DNA of 64,000 bases, from NCBI GenBank assembly GCA_964057225.1, contig OZ059899.1, forward strand, positions 9,176,001 through 9,240,000, written 5' to 3'. The notes beneath the pieces were generated by a model, which ran no database searches, was not told the origin of the DNA, and saw only the letters and a list, made by a program, of their open reading frames with translations. A program made the translations under genes and the position numbers. Below are positions 26,644-39,666 of the stretch, piece by piece (positions within the stretch are counted from its first letter, which is position 1; each line of letters starts with the position of its first letter). Source of the stretch: Auanema rhodensis (Eukaryota > Animalia > Nematoda).

Positions 26644-28410
26644 TAAATTTTTTTCATTTCACTTGTCATTTACAAAAATCGAATTTATCTTCTTCAACGA
26701 TTATTTTTGCAATGTGTCATAAGATTTTCACAGTTGAACAAAACGTTTTTTAAGAAGTTTTTTTGTTGTCAACATATATATTTTGCTGGAATTCGAAAGC
26801 ATTTGGGATGGAAATTAGAAAGAAAAGAACTAGTTTTTCCTACTTTAAAACAAACAATAAGAAATAAAATGAAAAAGATTGTTAGATATCCAATTTAAAC
26901 TTATACATTTACTTCGATAAAGAGCCTATTAGATTGAATTTTTATGTCTTACAGTTCTCCAACAGAACAGACTGATCCTGATTTTTCTACGATTACATAA
27001 AACTCTCGTTTGATATAAAAAAAGGAGAGGAATAACGTTTCCAGGATGTCAAGGATATCGAATCTAGTGATATTGTAGAAAAATGTAATGTCAGCTCCAT
27101 AGGTTTTCTCCTAACTTCTCTCATCACAATTGTTTTATTTTTTTTCCTCATAAGAGTTTCTGAAATCTTAGGTGAACAAGGCCGTATATAATTTCCTGGA
27201 ATTCGAAAGCATTTGGGATGGAATTTAGAAAAAAAAGAACTAGTTTTTCCTACTTTAAAACAAACAATAAGAAATAAAATGAAAAAGATTGTTAGATATC
27301 CAATTTAAACTTATACATTTACTTCGATAAAGAGCCTATTAGTTTGAAATTTTATGTCTTACAGTTCTCCAACAGAACAGACTGATCCTGATTTTTCTAC
27401 GATTACATAAAACTCTCGTTTGATATAAAAAAAGGAGAGGAATAACGTTTCCAGGATGTCAAGGATATCGAATCTAGTGATATTGTAGAAAAATGTAATG
27501 TCAGCTCCATAGGTTTTCTCCTAATTTCTCTCATCACAATTGTCTTAGTTTTTTTTCTCATAAGAGTTTCTGAAATCTTAGGTGAACAAGGCCGTATAAA
27601 ATTTCCTGGAATTCGAAAGCATTTGGGATGGAATTTAGAAAGAAAAGAACTAGTTTTTCCTACTTTAAAACAAACAATAAGAAATAAAATGAAAAAGATT
27701 GTTAGATATCCAATTTAAACTTATACATTTACTTCGATAAAGAGCCTATTAGATCGAAATTTTATGTCTTACAGTTCTCCAACAGAACAGACTGATCCTG
27801 ATTTTTCTACGATTACATAAAACTCTCGTTTGATATAAAAAAGGAGAGGAATAACGTTTCCAGGATGTCAAGGATATCGAATCTAGTGATATTGTAGAAA
27901 AATGTAATGTCAGCTCCATAGGTTTTCTCCTAATTTCTCTCATCACAATTGTCTTAGTTTTTTTTTCTCATAAGAGTTTCTGAAATCTTAGTTGAACAAG
28001 GCTGTATATAATTTCCTGGAATTCGAAAGCATTTGGGATGGAATTTAGAAAGAAAGGAACTAGTTTTTCCTACTTTAAAACAAACAATAAGAAATAAAAT
28101 GAAAAAGATTGTTAGATATCCAATTTAAACTTATACATTTACTTCGATAAAGAGCCTATTAGTTTGAAATTTTATGTCTTACAGTTCTCCAACAGAACAG
28201 ACTGATCCTGATTTTTCTACGATCACATAAAACTCTCGTTTGATATAAAAAAAGGAGAGGAATAACGTTTTCAGGATGTCAAGGATATCGAATCTAGTGA
28301 TATTGTAAAAAAATGTAATGTCAGCTCCATAGGTTTTCTCCTAATTTCTCTCATCACAATTGTCTTAGTTTTTTTTTCTCATAAGAGTTTCTGAAATCTT
28401 AGTTGAACAA

Positions 28411-28483
28411 GGCCGCGTGGCGCAATGGATAACGCGTCTGCCTACGGAGCAGAAGATTGTAGGTTCGAATCCTGCCGTGGTCG
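28411..28483 (+). tRNA. tRNA-Arg(ACG), consensus
   Basis: Identical to consensus. Confidence 0.95.
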
Positions 28484-29021
28484 TAAATTTTTCTCATTTC
28501 ACTTGTCATTCATAAAAATCGAATTTATTTTTTTCAATGATTTTTTTTTGCAATGTGTCATAAGAATTACACAGTTGAACAAAACGTTTTTTAAGAATTT
28601 TCTTTGTTGTCAACATATATATTTTCCTGGAATTCGAAAGCATTTGGGATGGAAATTAGAAAGAAAAGAACTAGTTTTTCCTACTTTAAAACAAACAATA
28701 AGAAATAAAATGAAAAAGATTGTTAGATATCCAATTTAAACTTATACATTTAGTTCGATAAAGAGCCTATTAGTTTGAAATTTTATGTCTTACAGTTCTC
28801 CAACAGAACAGACTGATCCTGATTTTTCTACGATTACATAAAATTCTCGTTTGATATAAAAAAAGGAGAGGAATAACGTTTCCAGGATGTCAAGGATATC
28901 GAATCTAGTGATATTGTAGAAAAATGTAATGTCAGCTGCATAGGTTTTCTCCTAATTTCTCTCATCACAATAGTCTTAGTTTTTTTTTCTCATAAGAGTT
29001 TCTGAAATCTTAGTTGAACAA

Positions 29022-29094
29022 GGCAGCGTGGCGCAATGGATAACGCGTCTGCCTACGGAGCAGAAGATTGTAGGTTCGAATCCTGCCGTGGTCG
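29022..29094 (+). tRNA. tRNA-Arg(ACG) variant C4A
   Basis: GGCAGCG. Confidence 0.8.
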
Positions 29095-29630
29095 TAATTT
29101 TTTTTCATTTCACTTGTCATTCATAAAAATCGAATTTATCTTTTTCAACGATTATTTTTGCAATGTGTCATAAAAATTTCACAGTTTAACAAAACGTTTT
29201 TTAAGAAGTTTTTTTGTTGTCAACATATATATTTTGCTGGAATTCGAAAGCATTTGGGATAGAAATTAGAAAGAAAAGAACTAGTTTTTCCTACTTTAAA
29301 ACAAACAATACGAAATAAAATGAAAAAGATTGTTAGATATCCAATTTAAACATATACATTAACTTCGATAAAGAGCCTATTAGATTGAAATTTTATGTCT
29401 TACAGTTCTCCAACAGAACAGACTGATCCTGATTTTTCTACGATTCCATAAAACTCTCGTTTGATATAAAAAAAAGAGAGGAATAACGTTTTCAGGATGT
29501 CAAGGATATCGAATCTAGTGATATTGTAGAAAAATGTAATGTCAGCTCCATAGGTTTTCTCCTAATTTCTCTCATCACAATTGTCTTAGTTTTTTTTCTC
29601 ATAAGAGTTTCTGAAATCTTAGTTGAACAA

Positions 29631-29703
29631 GGCCGCGTGGCGCAATGGATAACGCGTCCGCCTACTTAGCAGAAGATTGTAGGTTCGAATCCTGCCGTGG
29701 TCG
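29631..29703 (+). tRNA. tRNA-Arg-derived gene with anticodon ACT; probable pseudogene
   Basis: TCCGC-CTACTTA-GCAGA. Confidence 0.7.
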
Positions 29704-30241
29704 TAAATTTTTTTCATTTCACTTGTCATTCATAAAAATCGAATTTATTTTTTTCAATGGTTTTTTTTTGCAATGTGTCATAAGAATTACACAGTTGAAC
29801 AAAACGTTTTTTAAGAATTTTCTTTGTTGTCAACATATATATTTTCCTGGTATTCGAAAGCATTTGGGATGGAAATTAGAAAGAAAAGAACTAGTTTTTC
29901 CTACTTTAAAACAAACAATAAGAAATAAAATGAAAAAGATTGTTAGATATCCAATTTAAACTTATACATTTACTTCGATAAAGAGCCTATTAGTTTGAAA
30001 TTTTATGTCTTACAGTTCTCCAACAGAACAGACTGATCCTGATTTTTCTACGATTACATAAAATTCTCGTTTGATATAAAAAAAGGAGAGGAATAACGTT
30101 TCCAGGATGTCAAGGATATCGAATCTAGTGATATTGTAGAAAAATGTAATGTCAGCTCCATAGGTTTTCTCCTAATTTCTCTCATCACAATTGTCTTAGT
30201 TTTTTTTTCTCATAAGAGTTTCTGAAATCTTAGTTGAACAA

Positions 30242-30314
30242 GGCCGCGTGGCGCAATGGATAACGCGTCTGCCTACGGAGCAGAAGATTGTAGGTTCGAA
30301 TCCTGCCGTGGGCG
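30242..30314 (+). tRNA. tRNA-Arg(ACG) variant T71G
   Basis: CGTGGGCG. Confidence 0.8.
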
Positions 30315-30851
30315 TAAATTTTTTTCATTTCACTTGTCATTCATAAAAATCGAATTTATTTTTTTCAATGATTTTTTTTTGCAATGTGTCATAAGAATTA
30401 CACAGTTGAACAAAACGTTTTTTAAGAATTTTATTTGTTGTCAACATATATATTTTCCTGGAATTCGAAAGCATTTGGGATAGAAATTAGAAAGAAAGGA
30501 ACTAGTTTTTCCTACTTTAAAACAAACAATAAGAAATAAAATGAAAAAGATTGTTAGATATCCAATTTAAACATATACATTAACTTCGATAAAGAGCCTA
30601 TTAGATTGAAATTTTATGTCTTACAGTTCTCCAACAGAACAGACTTTTCCTGATTTTTCTACGATTACATAAAACTCTCGTTTGATATGAAAAAAGGAGA
30701 GGAATAACGTTTCCAGGATGTCAAGGATATCGAATCTAGTGATATTATAGAAAAATGTAACGTCAGCTCCATAGGTTTTCTCCTAATTTCTCTCATCACA
30801 ATTGTCTTAGTTTTTTTTCTCATAAGAGTTTCTGAAATCTTAGGTGAACAA

Positions 30852-30924
30852 GGTCGCGTGGCGCAATGGATAACGCGTCTGCCTACGAAGCAGAAGATTG
30901 TAGGTTCGAATCCAGCCGTGGTCG
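30852..30924 (+). tRNA. tRNA-Arg(ACG) variant C3T, G37A, T63A
   Basis: As 13956. Confidence 0.75.
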
Positions 30925-31460
30925 TAAATTTTTTTCATTTCACTTGTCATTTACAAAAATCGAATTTATCTTCTTCAACGATTATTTTTGCAATGTGTCA
31001 TAAGAATTTCACAGTTGAACAAAACGTTTTTTAAGAAGTTTTTTTGTTGTCAACATATATATTTTGCTGGAATTCGAAAGCATTTGGGATGGAAATTAGA
31101 AGAAAAAGAACTAGTTTTTCCTACTTTAAAACAAACAATACGAAATAAAATGAAAAAGATTGTTAGATATCCAATTTAAACTTATACATTTACTTCGATA
31201 AAGAGCCTATTAGATTGAAATTTTATGTCTTACAGTTCTCCAACAGAACAGACTGATCCTGATTTTTCTACGATTACATAAAACTCTCGTTTGATATAAA
31301 AAAAGGAGAGGAATAACGTTTCCAGGATGTCAAGGATATCGAATCTAGTGATATTGTAGAAAAATGTAATGTCAGCTCCACAGGTTTTCTCCTAATTTCT
31401 CTCATCACAATTGTCTTAGTTTTTTTTCTCATAAGAGTTTCTGAAATCTTAGGTGAACAA

Positions 31461-31533
31461 GGTCGCGTGGCGCAATGGATAACGCGTCTGCCTACGGAGC
31501 AGAAGATTGTAGGTTCGAATCCAGCCGTGGTCG
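31461..31533 (+). tRNA. tRNA-Arg(ACG) variant C3T, T63A
   Basis: As 14565. Confidence 0.78.
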
Positions 31534-32069
31534 TAAATTTTTTTCATTTCAATTGTCATTTACAAAAATCGAATTTATCTTTTTCAACGATTATTTTTGC
31601 AATGTGTCATAAGAATTTCACAGTTGAACAAAACGTTTTTTAAGAAGTTTTTTTGTTGTTAACATATATATTTTGCTGGAATTCGAAAGCATTTGGGATG
31701 GAAATTAGAAAAAAAAGAACAAGTTTTTCCTACTTTAAAACAAACAATACGAAATAAAATGAAAAAGATTGTTAGATATCCAATTTAAACTTATACATTT
31801 ACTTCGATAAAGAGCCTATTAGTTTGAAATTTTATGTCTTACAGTTCTCCAACAGAACAGACTGATCCTGATTTTTCTACGATTACATAAAACTCTCGTT
31901 TGATATAAAAAAAGGAGAGGAATAACGTTTCTAGGATGTCAAGGATATCGAATCTAGTGATATTGTAGAAAAATGTGATGTCAGCTCCATAGGTTTTCTC
32001 CTAATTTCTCTCATCACAATTGTCTTAGTTTTTTTTCTCATAAGAGTTTCGGATATCTTAGGTGAACAA

Positions 32070-32142
32070 GGTCGCGTGGCGCAATAGATAACGCGTCTGC
32101 CTACGGAGCAGAAGATTGTAGGTTCGAATCCAGCCGTGGTCG
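32070..32142 (+). pseudogene. tRNA-Arg(ACG) probable pseudogene C3T, G18A, T63A
   Basis: As 15174. Confidence 0.7.
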
Positions 32143-33089
32143 TAAATTTTTTTCATTTCACTTGTCATTTACAAAAATCGAATTTATCTTCTTCAACGAT
32201 TATTTTTGCAATGTGTCATAAGAATTTCACAGTTGAACAAAACGTTTTTTAAGAAGTTTTTTTGTTGTCAACATATATATTTTCCTGGAATTCGAAAGCA
32301 TTTGGGATGGAAATTAGAAAGACAAGAACTAGTTTTTCCTACTTTAAAACAAACAATACGAAATAAAATGAAAAAGATTGTTAGATATCCAATTTAAACA
32401 TATACATTAACTTCGATAAAGAGCCTATTAGATCGAAATTTTATGTCTTACAGTTCTCCAACAGAACAGACTGATCCTGATTTTTCTACGATTACATAAA
32501 ACTCTCGTTTGATATAAAAAAGGAGAGGAATAACGTTTCCAGGATGTCAAGGATATCGAATCTAGTGATATTGTAGAAAAATGTAATGTCAGCTCCATAG
32601 GTTTTCTCCTAATTTCTCTCATCACAATTGTCTTAGTTTTTTTTTCTCATAAGAGTTTCTGAAATCTTAGTTGAACAAGGCTGTATATAATTTCCTGGAA
32701 TTCGAAAGCATTTGGGATGGAATTTAGAAAGAAAGGAACTAGTTTTTCCTACTTTAAAACAAACAATAAGAAATAAAATGAAAAAGATTGTTAGATATCC
32801 AATTTAAACTTATACATTTACTTCGATAAAGAGCCTATTAGTTTGAAATTTTATGTCTTACAGTTCTCCAACAGAACAGACTGATCCTGATTTTTCTACG
32901 ATCACATAAAACTCTCGTTTGATATAAAAAAAGGAGAGGAATAACGTTTTCAGGATGTCAAGGATATCGAATCTAGTGATATTGTAAAAAAATGTAATGT
33001 CAGCTCCATAGGTTTTCTCCTAATTTCTCTCATCACAATTGTCTTAGTTTTTTTTTCTCATAAGAGTTTCTGAAATCTTAGTTGAACAA

Positions 33090-33162
33090 GGCCGCGTGGC
33101 GCAATGGATAACGCGTCTGCCTACGGAGCAGAAGATTGTAGGTTCGAATCCTGCCGTGGTCG
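33090..33162 (+). tRNA. tRNA-Arg(ACG), consensus
   Basis: Identical to consensus. Confidence 0.95.
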
Positions 33163-33700
33163 TAAATTTTTCTCATTTCACTTGTCATTCATAAAAATCG
33201 AATTTATTTTTTTCAATGATTTTTTTTTGCAATGTGTCATAAGAATTACACAGTTGAACAAAACGTTTTTTAAGAATTTTCTTTGTTGTCAACATATATA
33301 TTTTCCTGGAATTCGAAAGCATTTGGGATGGAAATTAGAAAGAAAAGAACTAGTTTTTCCTACTTTAAAACAAACAATAAGAAATAAAATGAAAAAGATT
33401 GTTAGATATCCAATTTAAACTTATACATTTAGTTCGATAAAGAGCCTATTAGTTTGAAATTTTATGTCTTACAGTTCTCCAACAGAACAGACTGATCCTG
33501 ATTTTTCTACGATTACATAAAATTCTCGTTTGATATAAAAAAAGGAGAGGAATAACGTTTCCAGGATGTCAAGGATATCGAATCTAGTGATATTGTAGAA
33601 AAATGTAATGTCAGCTGCATAGGTTTTCTCCTAATTTCTCTCATCACAATAGTCTTAGTTTTTTTTTCTCATAAGAGTTTCTGAAATCTTAGTTGAACAA

Positions 33701-33773
33701 GGCAGCGTGGCGCAATGGATAACGCGTCTGCCTACGGAGCAGAAGATTGTAGGTTCGAATCCTGCCGTGGTCG
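33701..33773 (+). tRNA. tRNA-Arg(ACG) variant C4A
   Basis: GGCAGCG. Confidence 0.8.
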
Positions 33774-34309
33774 TAAATTTTTTTCATTTCACTTGTCATT
33801 CATAAAAATCGAATTTATCTTTTTCAACGATTATTTTTGCAATGTGTCATAAAAATTTCACAGTTTAACAAAACGTTTTTTAAGAAGTTTTTTTGTTGTC
33901 AACATATATATTTTGCTGGAATTCGAAAGCATTTGGGATAGAAATTAGAAAGAAAAGAACTAGTTTTTCCTACTTTAAAACAAACAATACGAAATAAAAT
34001 GAAAAAGATTGTTAGATATCCAATTTAAACATATACATTAACTTCGATAAAGAGCCTATTAGATTGAAATTTTATGTCTTACAGTTCTCCAACAGAACAG
34101 ACTGATCCTGATTTTTCTACGATTCCATAAAACTCTCGTTTGATATAAAAAAAAGAGAGGAATAACGTTTTCAGGATGTCAAGGATATCGAATCTAGTGA
34201 TATTGTAGAAAAATGTAATGTCAGCTCCATAGGTTTTCTCCTAATTTCTCTCATCACAATTGTCTTAGTTTTTTTTCTCATAAGAGTTTCTGAAATCTTA
34301 GTTGAACAA

Positions 34310-34382
34310 GGCCGCGTGGCGCAATGGATAACGCGTCCGCCTACTTAGCAGAAGATTGTAGGTTCGAATCCTGCCGTGGTCG
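34310..34382 (+). tRNA. tRNA-Arg-derived gene with anticodon ACT; probable pseudogene
   Basis: TCCGC-CTACTTA-GCAGA. Confidence 0.7.
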
Positions 34383-34920
34383 TAAATTTTTTTCATTTCA
34401 CTTGTCATTCATAAAAATCGAATTTATTTTTTTCAATGGTTTTTTTTTGCAATGTGTCATAAGAATTACACAGTTGAACAAAACGTTTTTTAAGAATTTT
34501 CTTTGTTGTCAACATATATATTTTCCTGGTATTCGAAAGCATTTGGGATGGAAATTAGAAAGAAAAGAACTAGTTTTTCCTACTTTAAAACAAACAATAA
34601 GAAATAAAATGAAAAAGATTGTTAGATATCCAATTTAAACTTATACATTTACTTCGATAAAGAGCCTATTAGTTTGAAATTTTATGTCTTACAGTTCTCC
34701 AACAGAACAGACTGATCCTGATTTTTCTACGATTACATAAAATTCTCGTTTGATATAAAAAAAGGAGAGGAATAACGTTTCCAGGATGTCAAGGATATCG
34801 AATCTAGTGATATTGTAGAAAAATGTAATGTCAGCTCCATAGGTTTTCTCCTAATTTCTCTCATCACAATTGTCTTAGTTTTTTTTTCTCATAAGAGTTT
34901 CTGAAATCTTAGTTGAACAA

Positions 34921-34993
34921 GGCCGCGTGGCGCAAAGGATAACGCGTCTGCCTACGGAGCAGAAGATTGTAGGTTCGAATCCTGCCGTGGGCG
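34921..34993 (+). tRNA. tRNA-Arg(ACG) variant T16A, T71G
   Basis: GCGCAAAGGATA…CGTGGGCG. Confidence 0.78.
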
Positions 34994-35530
34994 TAAATTT
35001 TTTTCATTTCACTTGTCATTCATAAAAATCGAATTTATTTTTTTCAATGATTTTTTTTTGCAATGTGTCATAAGAATTACACAGTTGAACAAAACGTTTT
35101 TTAAGAATTTTATTTGTTGTCAACATATATATTTTCCTGGAATTCGAAAGCATTTGGGATAGAAATTAGAAAGAAAGGAACTAGTTTTTCCTACTTTAAA
35201 ACAAACAATAAGAAATAAAATGAAAAAGATTGTTAGATATCCAATTTAAACATATACATTAACTTCGATAAAGAGCCTATTAGATTGAAATTTTATGTCT
35301 TACAGTTCTCCAACAGAACAGACTTTTCCTGATTTTTCTACGATTACATAAAACTCTCGTTTGATATGAAAAAAGGAGAGGAATAACGTTTCCAGGATGT
35401 CAAGGATATCGAATCTAGTGATATTATAGAAAAATGTAACGTCAGCTCCATAGGTTTTCTCCTAATTTCTCTCATCACAATTGTCTTAGTTTTTTTTCTC
35501 ATAAGAGTTTCTGAAATCTTAGGTGAACAA

Positions 35531-35603
35531 GGTCGCGTGGCGCAATGGATAACGCGTCTGCCTACGAAGCAGAAGATTGTAGGTTCGAATCCAGCCGTGG
35601 TCG
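35531..35603 (+). tRNA. tRNA-Arg(ACG) variant C3T, G37A, T63A
   Basis: As 13956. Confidence 0.75.
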
Positions 35604-36139
35604 TAAATTTTTTTCATTTCACTTGTCATTTACAAAAATCGAATTTATCTTCTTCAACGATTATTTTTGCAATGTGTCATAAGAATTTCACAGTTGAACA
35701 AAACGTTTTTTAAGAAGTTTTTTTGTTGTCAACATATATATTTTGCTGGAATTCGAAAGCATTTGGGATGGAAATTAGAAAAAAAAGAACTAGTTTTTCC
35801 TACTTTAAAACAAACAATACGAAATAAAATGAAAAAGATTGTTAGATATCCAATTTAAACTTATACATTTACTTCGATAAAGAGCCTATTAGATTGAAAT
35901 TTTATGTCTTACAGTTCTCCAACAGAACAGACTGATCCTGATTTTTCTACGATTACATAAAACTCTCGTTTGATATAAAAAAAGGAGAGGAATAACGTTT
36001 CCAGGATGTCAAGGATATCGAATCTAGTGATATTGTAGAAAAATGTAATGTCAGCTCCACAGGTTTTCTCCTAATTTCTCTCATCACAATTGTCTTAGTT
36101 TTTTTTCTCATAAGAGTTTCTGAAATCTTAGGTGAACAA

Positions 36140-36212
36140 GGTCGCGTGGCGCAATGGATAACGCGTCTGCCTACGGAGCAGAAGATTGTAGGTTCGAATC
36201 CAGCTGTGGTCG
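36140..36212 (+). tRNA. tRNA-Arg(ACG) variant C3T, T63A, C66T; probable pseudogene
   Basis: As 23314. Confidence 0.7.
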
Positions 36213-36748
36213 TAAATTTTTTTCATTTCAATTGTCATTTACAAAAATCGAATTTATCTTTTTCAACGATTATTTTTGCAATGTGTCATAAGAATTTCAC
36301 AGTTGAACAAAACGTTTTTTAAGAAGTTTTTTTGTTGTTAACATATATATTTTGCTGGAATTCGAAAGCATTTGGGATGGAAATTAGAAAAAAAAGAACA
36401 AGTTTTTCCTACTTTAAAACAAACAATACGAAATAAAATGAAAAAGATTGTTAGATATCCAATTTAAACTTATACATTTACTTCGATAAAGAGCCTATTA
36501 GTTTGAAATTTTATGTCTTACAGTTCTCCAACAGAAAAGACTGATCCTGATTTTTCTACGATTACATAAAACTCTCGTTTGATATAAAAAAAGGAGAGGA
36601 ATAACGTTTCTAGGATGTCAAGGATATCGAATCTAGTGATATTGTAGAAAAATGTGATGTCAGCTCCATAGGTTTTCTCCTAATTTCTCTCATCACAATT
36701 GTCTTAGTTTTTTTTCTCATAAGAGTTTCGGATATCTTAGGTGAACAA

Positions 36749-36821
36749 GGTCGCGTGGCGCAATAGATAACGCGTCTGCCTACGGAGCAGAAGATTGTAG
36801 GTTCGAATCCAGCCGTGGTCG
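36749..36821 (+). pseudogene. tRNA-Arg(ACG) probable pseudogene C3T, G18A, T63A
   Basis: As 15174. Confidence 0.7.
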
Positions 36822-37356
36822 TAAATTTTTTCATTTCACTTGTCATTTACAAAAATCGAATTTATCTTCTTCAACGATTATTTTTGCAATGTGTCATAAG
36901 AATTTCACAGTTGAACAAAACGTTTTTTAAGAAGTTTTTTTGTTGTCAACATATATATTTTGCTGGAATTCGAAAGCATTTGGGATGGAATTTAGAAAGA
37001 AAAGAACTAGTTTTTCCTACTTTAAAACAAACAATAAGAAATAAAATGAAAAAGATTGTTAGATATCCAATTTAAACTTATACATTTACTTCGATAAAGA
37101 GCCTATTAGATTGAAATTTTATGTCTTACAGTTCTCCAACAGAACAGACTGATCCTGATTTTTCTACGATTACATAAAACTCTCGTTTGATATAAAAAAA
37201 GGAGAGGAATAACGTTTCCAGGATGTCAAGGATATCGAATCTAGTGATATTGTAAAAAAATGTAATGTCAGCTCCACAGGTTTTCTCCTAATTTCTCTCA
37301 TCACAATTGTCTTAGTTTTTTTTCTCATAAGAGTTTCTGAAATCTTAGGTGAACAA

Positions 37357-37429
37357 GGTCGCGTGGCGCAATGGATAACGCGTCTGCCTACGGAGCAGAA
37401 GATTGTAGGTTCGAATCCAGCCGTGGTCG
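37357..37429 (+). tRNA. tRNA-Arg(ACG) variant C3T, T63A
   Basis: As 14565. Confidence 0.78.
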
Positions 37430-37965
37430 TAAATTTTTTTCATTTCAATTGTCATTTACAAAAATCGAATTTATCTTTTTCAACGATTATTTTTGCAATG
37501 TGTCATAAGAATTTCACAGTTGAACAAAACGTTTTTTAAGAAGTTTTTTTGTTGTTAACATATATATTTTGCTGGAATTCGAAAGCATTTGGGATGGAAA
37601 TTAGAAAAAAAAGAACAAGTTTTTCCTACTTTAAAACAAACAATACGAAATAAAATGAAAAAGATTGTTAGATATCCAATTTAAACTTATACATTTACTT
37701 CGATAAAGAGCCTATTAAATTGAAATTTTATGTCTTACAGTTCTCCAACAGAACAGACTGATCCTGATTTTTCTACGATTACATAAAACTCTCGTTTGAT
37801 ATAAAAAAAGGAGAGGAATAACGTTTCCAGGATGTCAAGGATATCGAATCTAGTGATATTGTAGAAAAATGTGATGTCAGCTCCATAGGTTTTCTCCTAA
37901 TTTCTCTCATCACAATTGTCTTAGTTTTTTTTCTCATAAGAGTTTCGGATATCTTAGGTGAACAA

Positions 37966-38038
37966 GGTCGCGTGGCGCAATAGATAACGCGTCTGCCTAC
38001 GGAGCAGAAGATTGTAGGTTCGAATCCAGCCGTGGTCG
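37966..38038 (+). pseudogene. tRNA-Arg(ACG) probable pseudogene C3T, G18A, T63A
   Basis: As 15174. Confidence 0.7.
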
Positions 38039-38574
38039 TAAATTTTTTCATTTCACTTGTCATTTACAAAAATCGAATTTATCTTCTTCAACGATTATTT
38101 TTGCAATGTGTCATAAGAATTTCACAGTTGAACAAAACGTTTTTTAAGAAGTTTTTTTGTTGTCAACATATATATTTTGCATGGAATTCGAAAGCATTTG
38201 GGATGGAATTTAGAAAGAAAAGAACTAGTTTTTCCTACTTTAAAACAAACAATAAGAAATAAAATGAAAAAGATTGTTAGATATCCAATTTAAACTTATA
38301 CATTTACTTCGATAAAGAGCCTATTAGATTGAAATTTTATGTCTTACAGTTCTCCAACAGAACAGACTGATCCTGATTTTTCTACGATTACATAAAACTC
38401 TCGTTTGATATAAAAAAAGTAGAGGAATAACGTTTAAAGGATGTCAAGGATATCGAATCTAGTGATATTGTAGAAAAATGTAATGTCAGCTCCATAGGTT
38501 TTCTCCTAATTTCTCTCATCACAATTGTCTTAGTTTTTTTTCTCATAAGAGTTTCTGAAATCTTAGGTGAACAA

Positions 38575-38647
38575 GGTCGCGTGGCGCAATGGATAACGCG
38601 TCTGCCTACGGAGCAGAAGATTGTAGATTCGAATCCAGCCGTGGTCG
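38575..38647 (+). pseudogene. tRNA-Arg(ACG) probable pseudogene C3T, G53A, T63A
   Basis: GGTCGCG…GTAGATTCGAATCCAGC. Confidence 0.72.
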
Positions 38648-39593
38648 TAAATTTTTTTTATTTCACTTGTCATTTACAAAAATCGAATTTATCTTCTTCA
38701 ACGATTATTTTTGCAATGTGTCATAAGATTTTCACAGTTGAACAAAACGTTTTTTAAGAAGTTTTTTTGTTGTCAACATATATATTTTGCTGGAATTCGA
38801 AAGCATTTGGGATGGAAATTAGAAAAAAAAAACAAGTTTTTCCTACTTTAAAACAAACAATACGAAATAAAATGAAAAAGATTGTTAGATATCCAATTTA
38901 AACTTATACATTTACTTCGATAAAGAGCCTATTAGATTGAAATTTTATGTCTTACAGTTCTCCAACAGAACAGACTGATCCTGATTTTTCTACGATTACA
39001 TAAAACTCTCGTTTAATATAAAAAAAGGAGAGGAATAACGTTTCCAGGATGTCAAGGATATCGAATCTAGTGATATTGTAGAAAAATGTAATGTCAGCTC
39101 CATAGGTTTTCTCCTAACTTCTCTCATCACAATTGTTTTAGTTTTTTTTCTCATAAGAGTTTCTGAAATCTTAGGTGAACAAGGCCGTATATAATTTCCT
39201 GGAATTCGAAAGCATTTGGGATGGAATTTAGAAAGAAAAGAACTAGTTTTTCCTACTTTAAAACAAACAATAAGAAATAAAATGAAAAAGATTGTTAGAT
39301 ATCCAATTTAAACTTATACATTCACTTCGATAAAGAGCCTATAAGATTGAAATTTTATGTCTTACAGTTCTCCAACAGAACAGACTGATCCTGATTTTTC
39401 TACGATTACATAAAACTCTCGTTTGATATAAAAAAAGGAGAGGAATAACGTTTCCAGGATGTCAAGGATATCGAATCTAGTGATATTGTAAAAAAATGTA
39501 ATGTCAGCTCCATAGGTTTTCTCCTAATTTCTCTCATCACAATTGTCTCAAATTTTTTTTCTCATAAGAGTTTCTGAAATCTTAGTTGAACAG

Positions 39594-39666
39594 GGCCGCG
39601 TGGCGCAATGGATAACGCGTCTGCCTACGGAGCAGAAGATTGTAGATTCGAATCCAGCCGTGGTCG
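39594..39666 (+). pseudogene. tRNA-Arg(ACG) probable pseudogene G53A, T63A
   Basis: As 25551. Confidence 0.72.
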
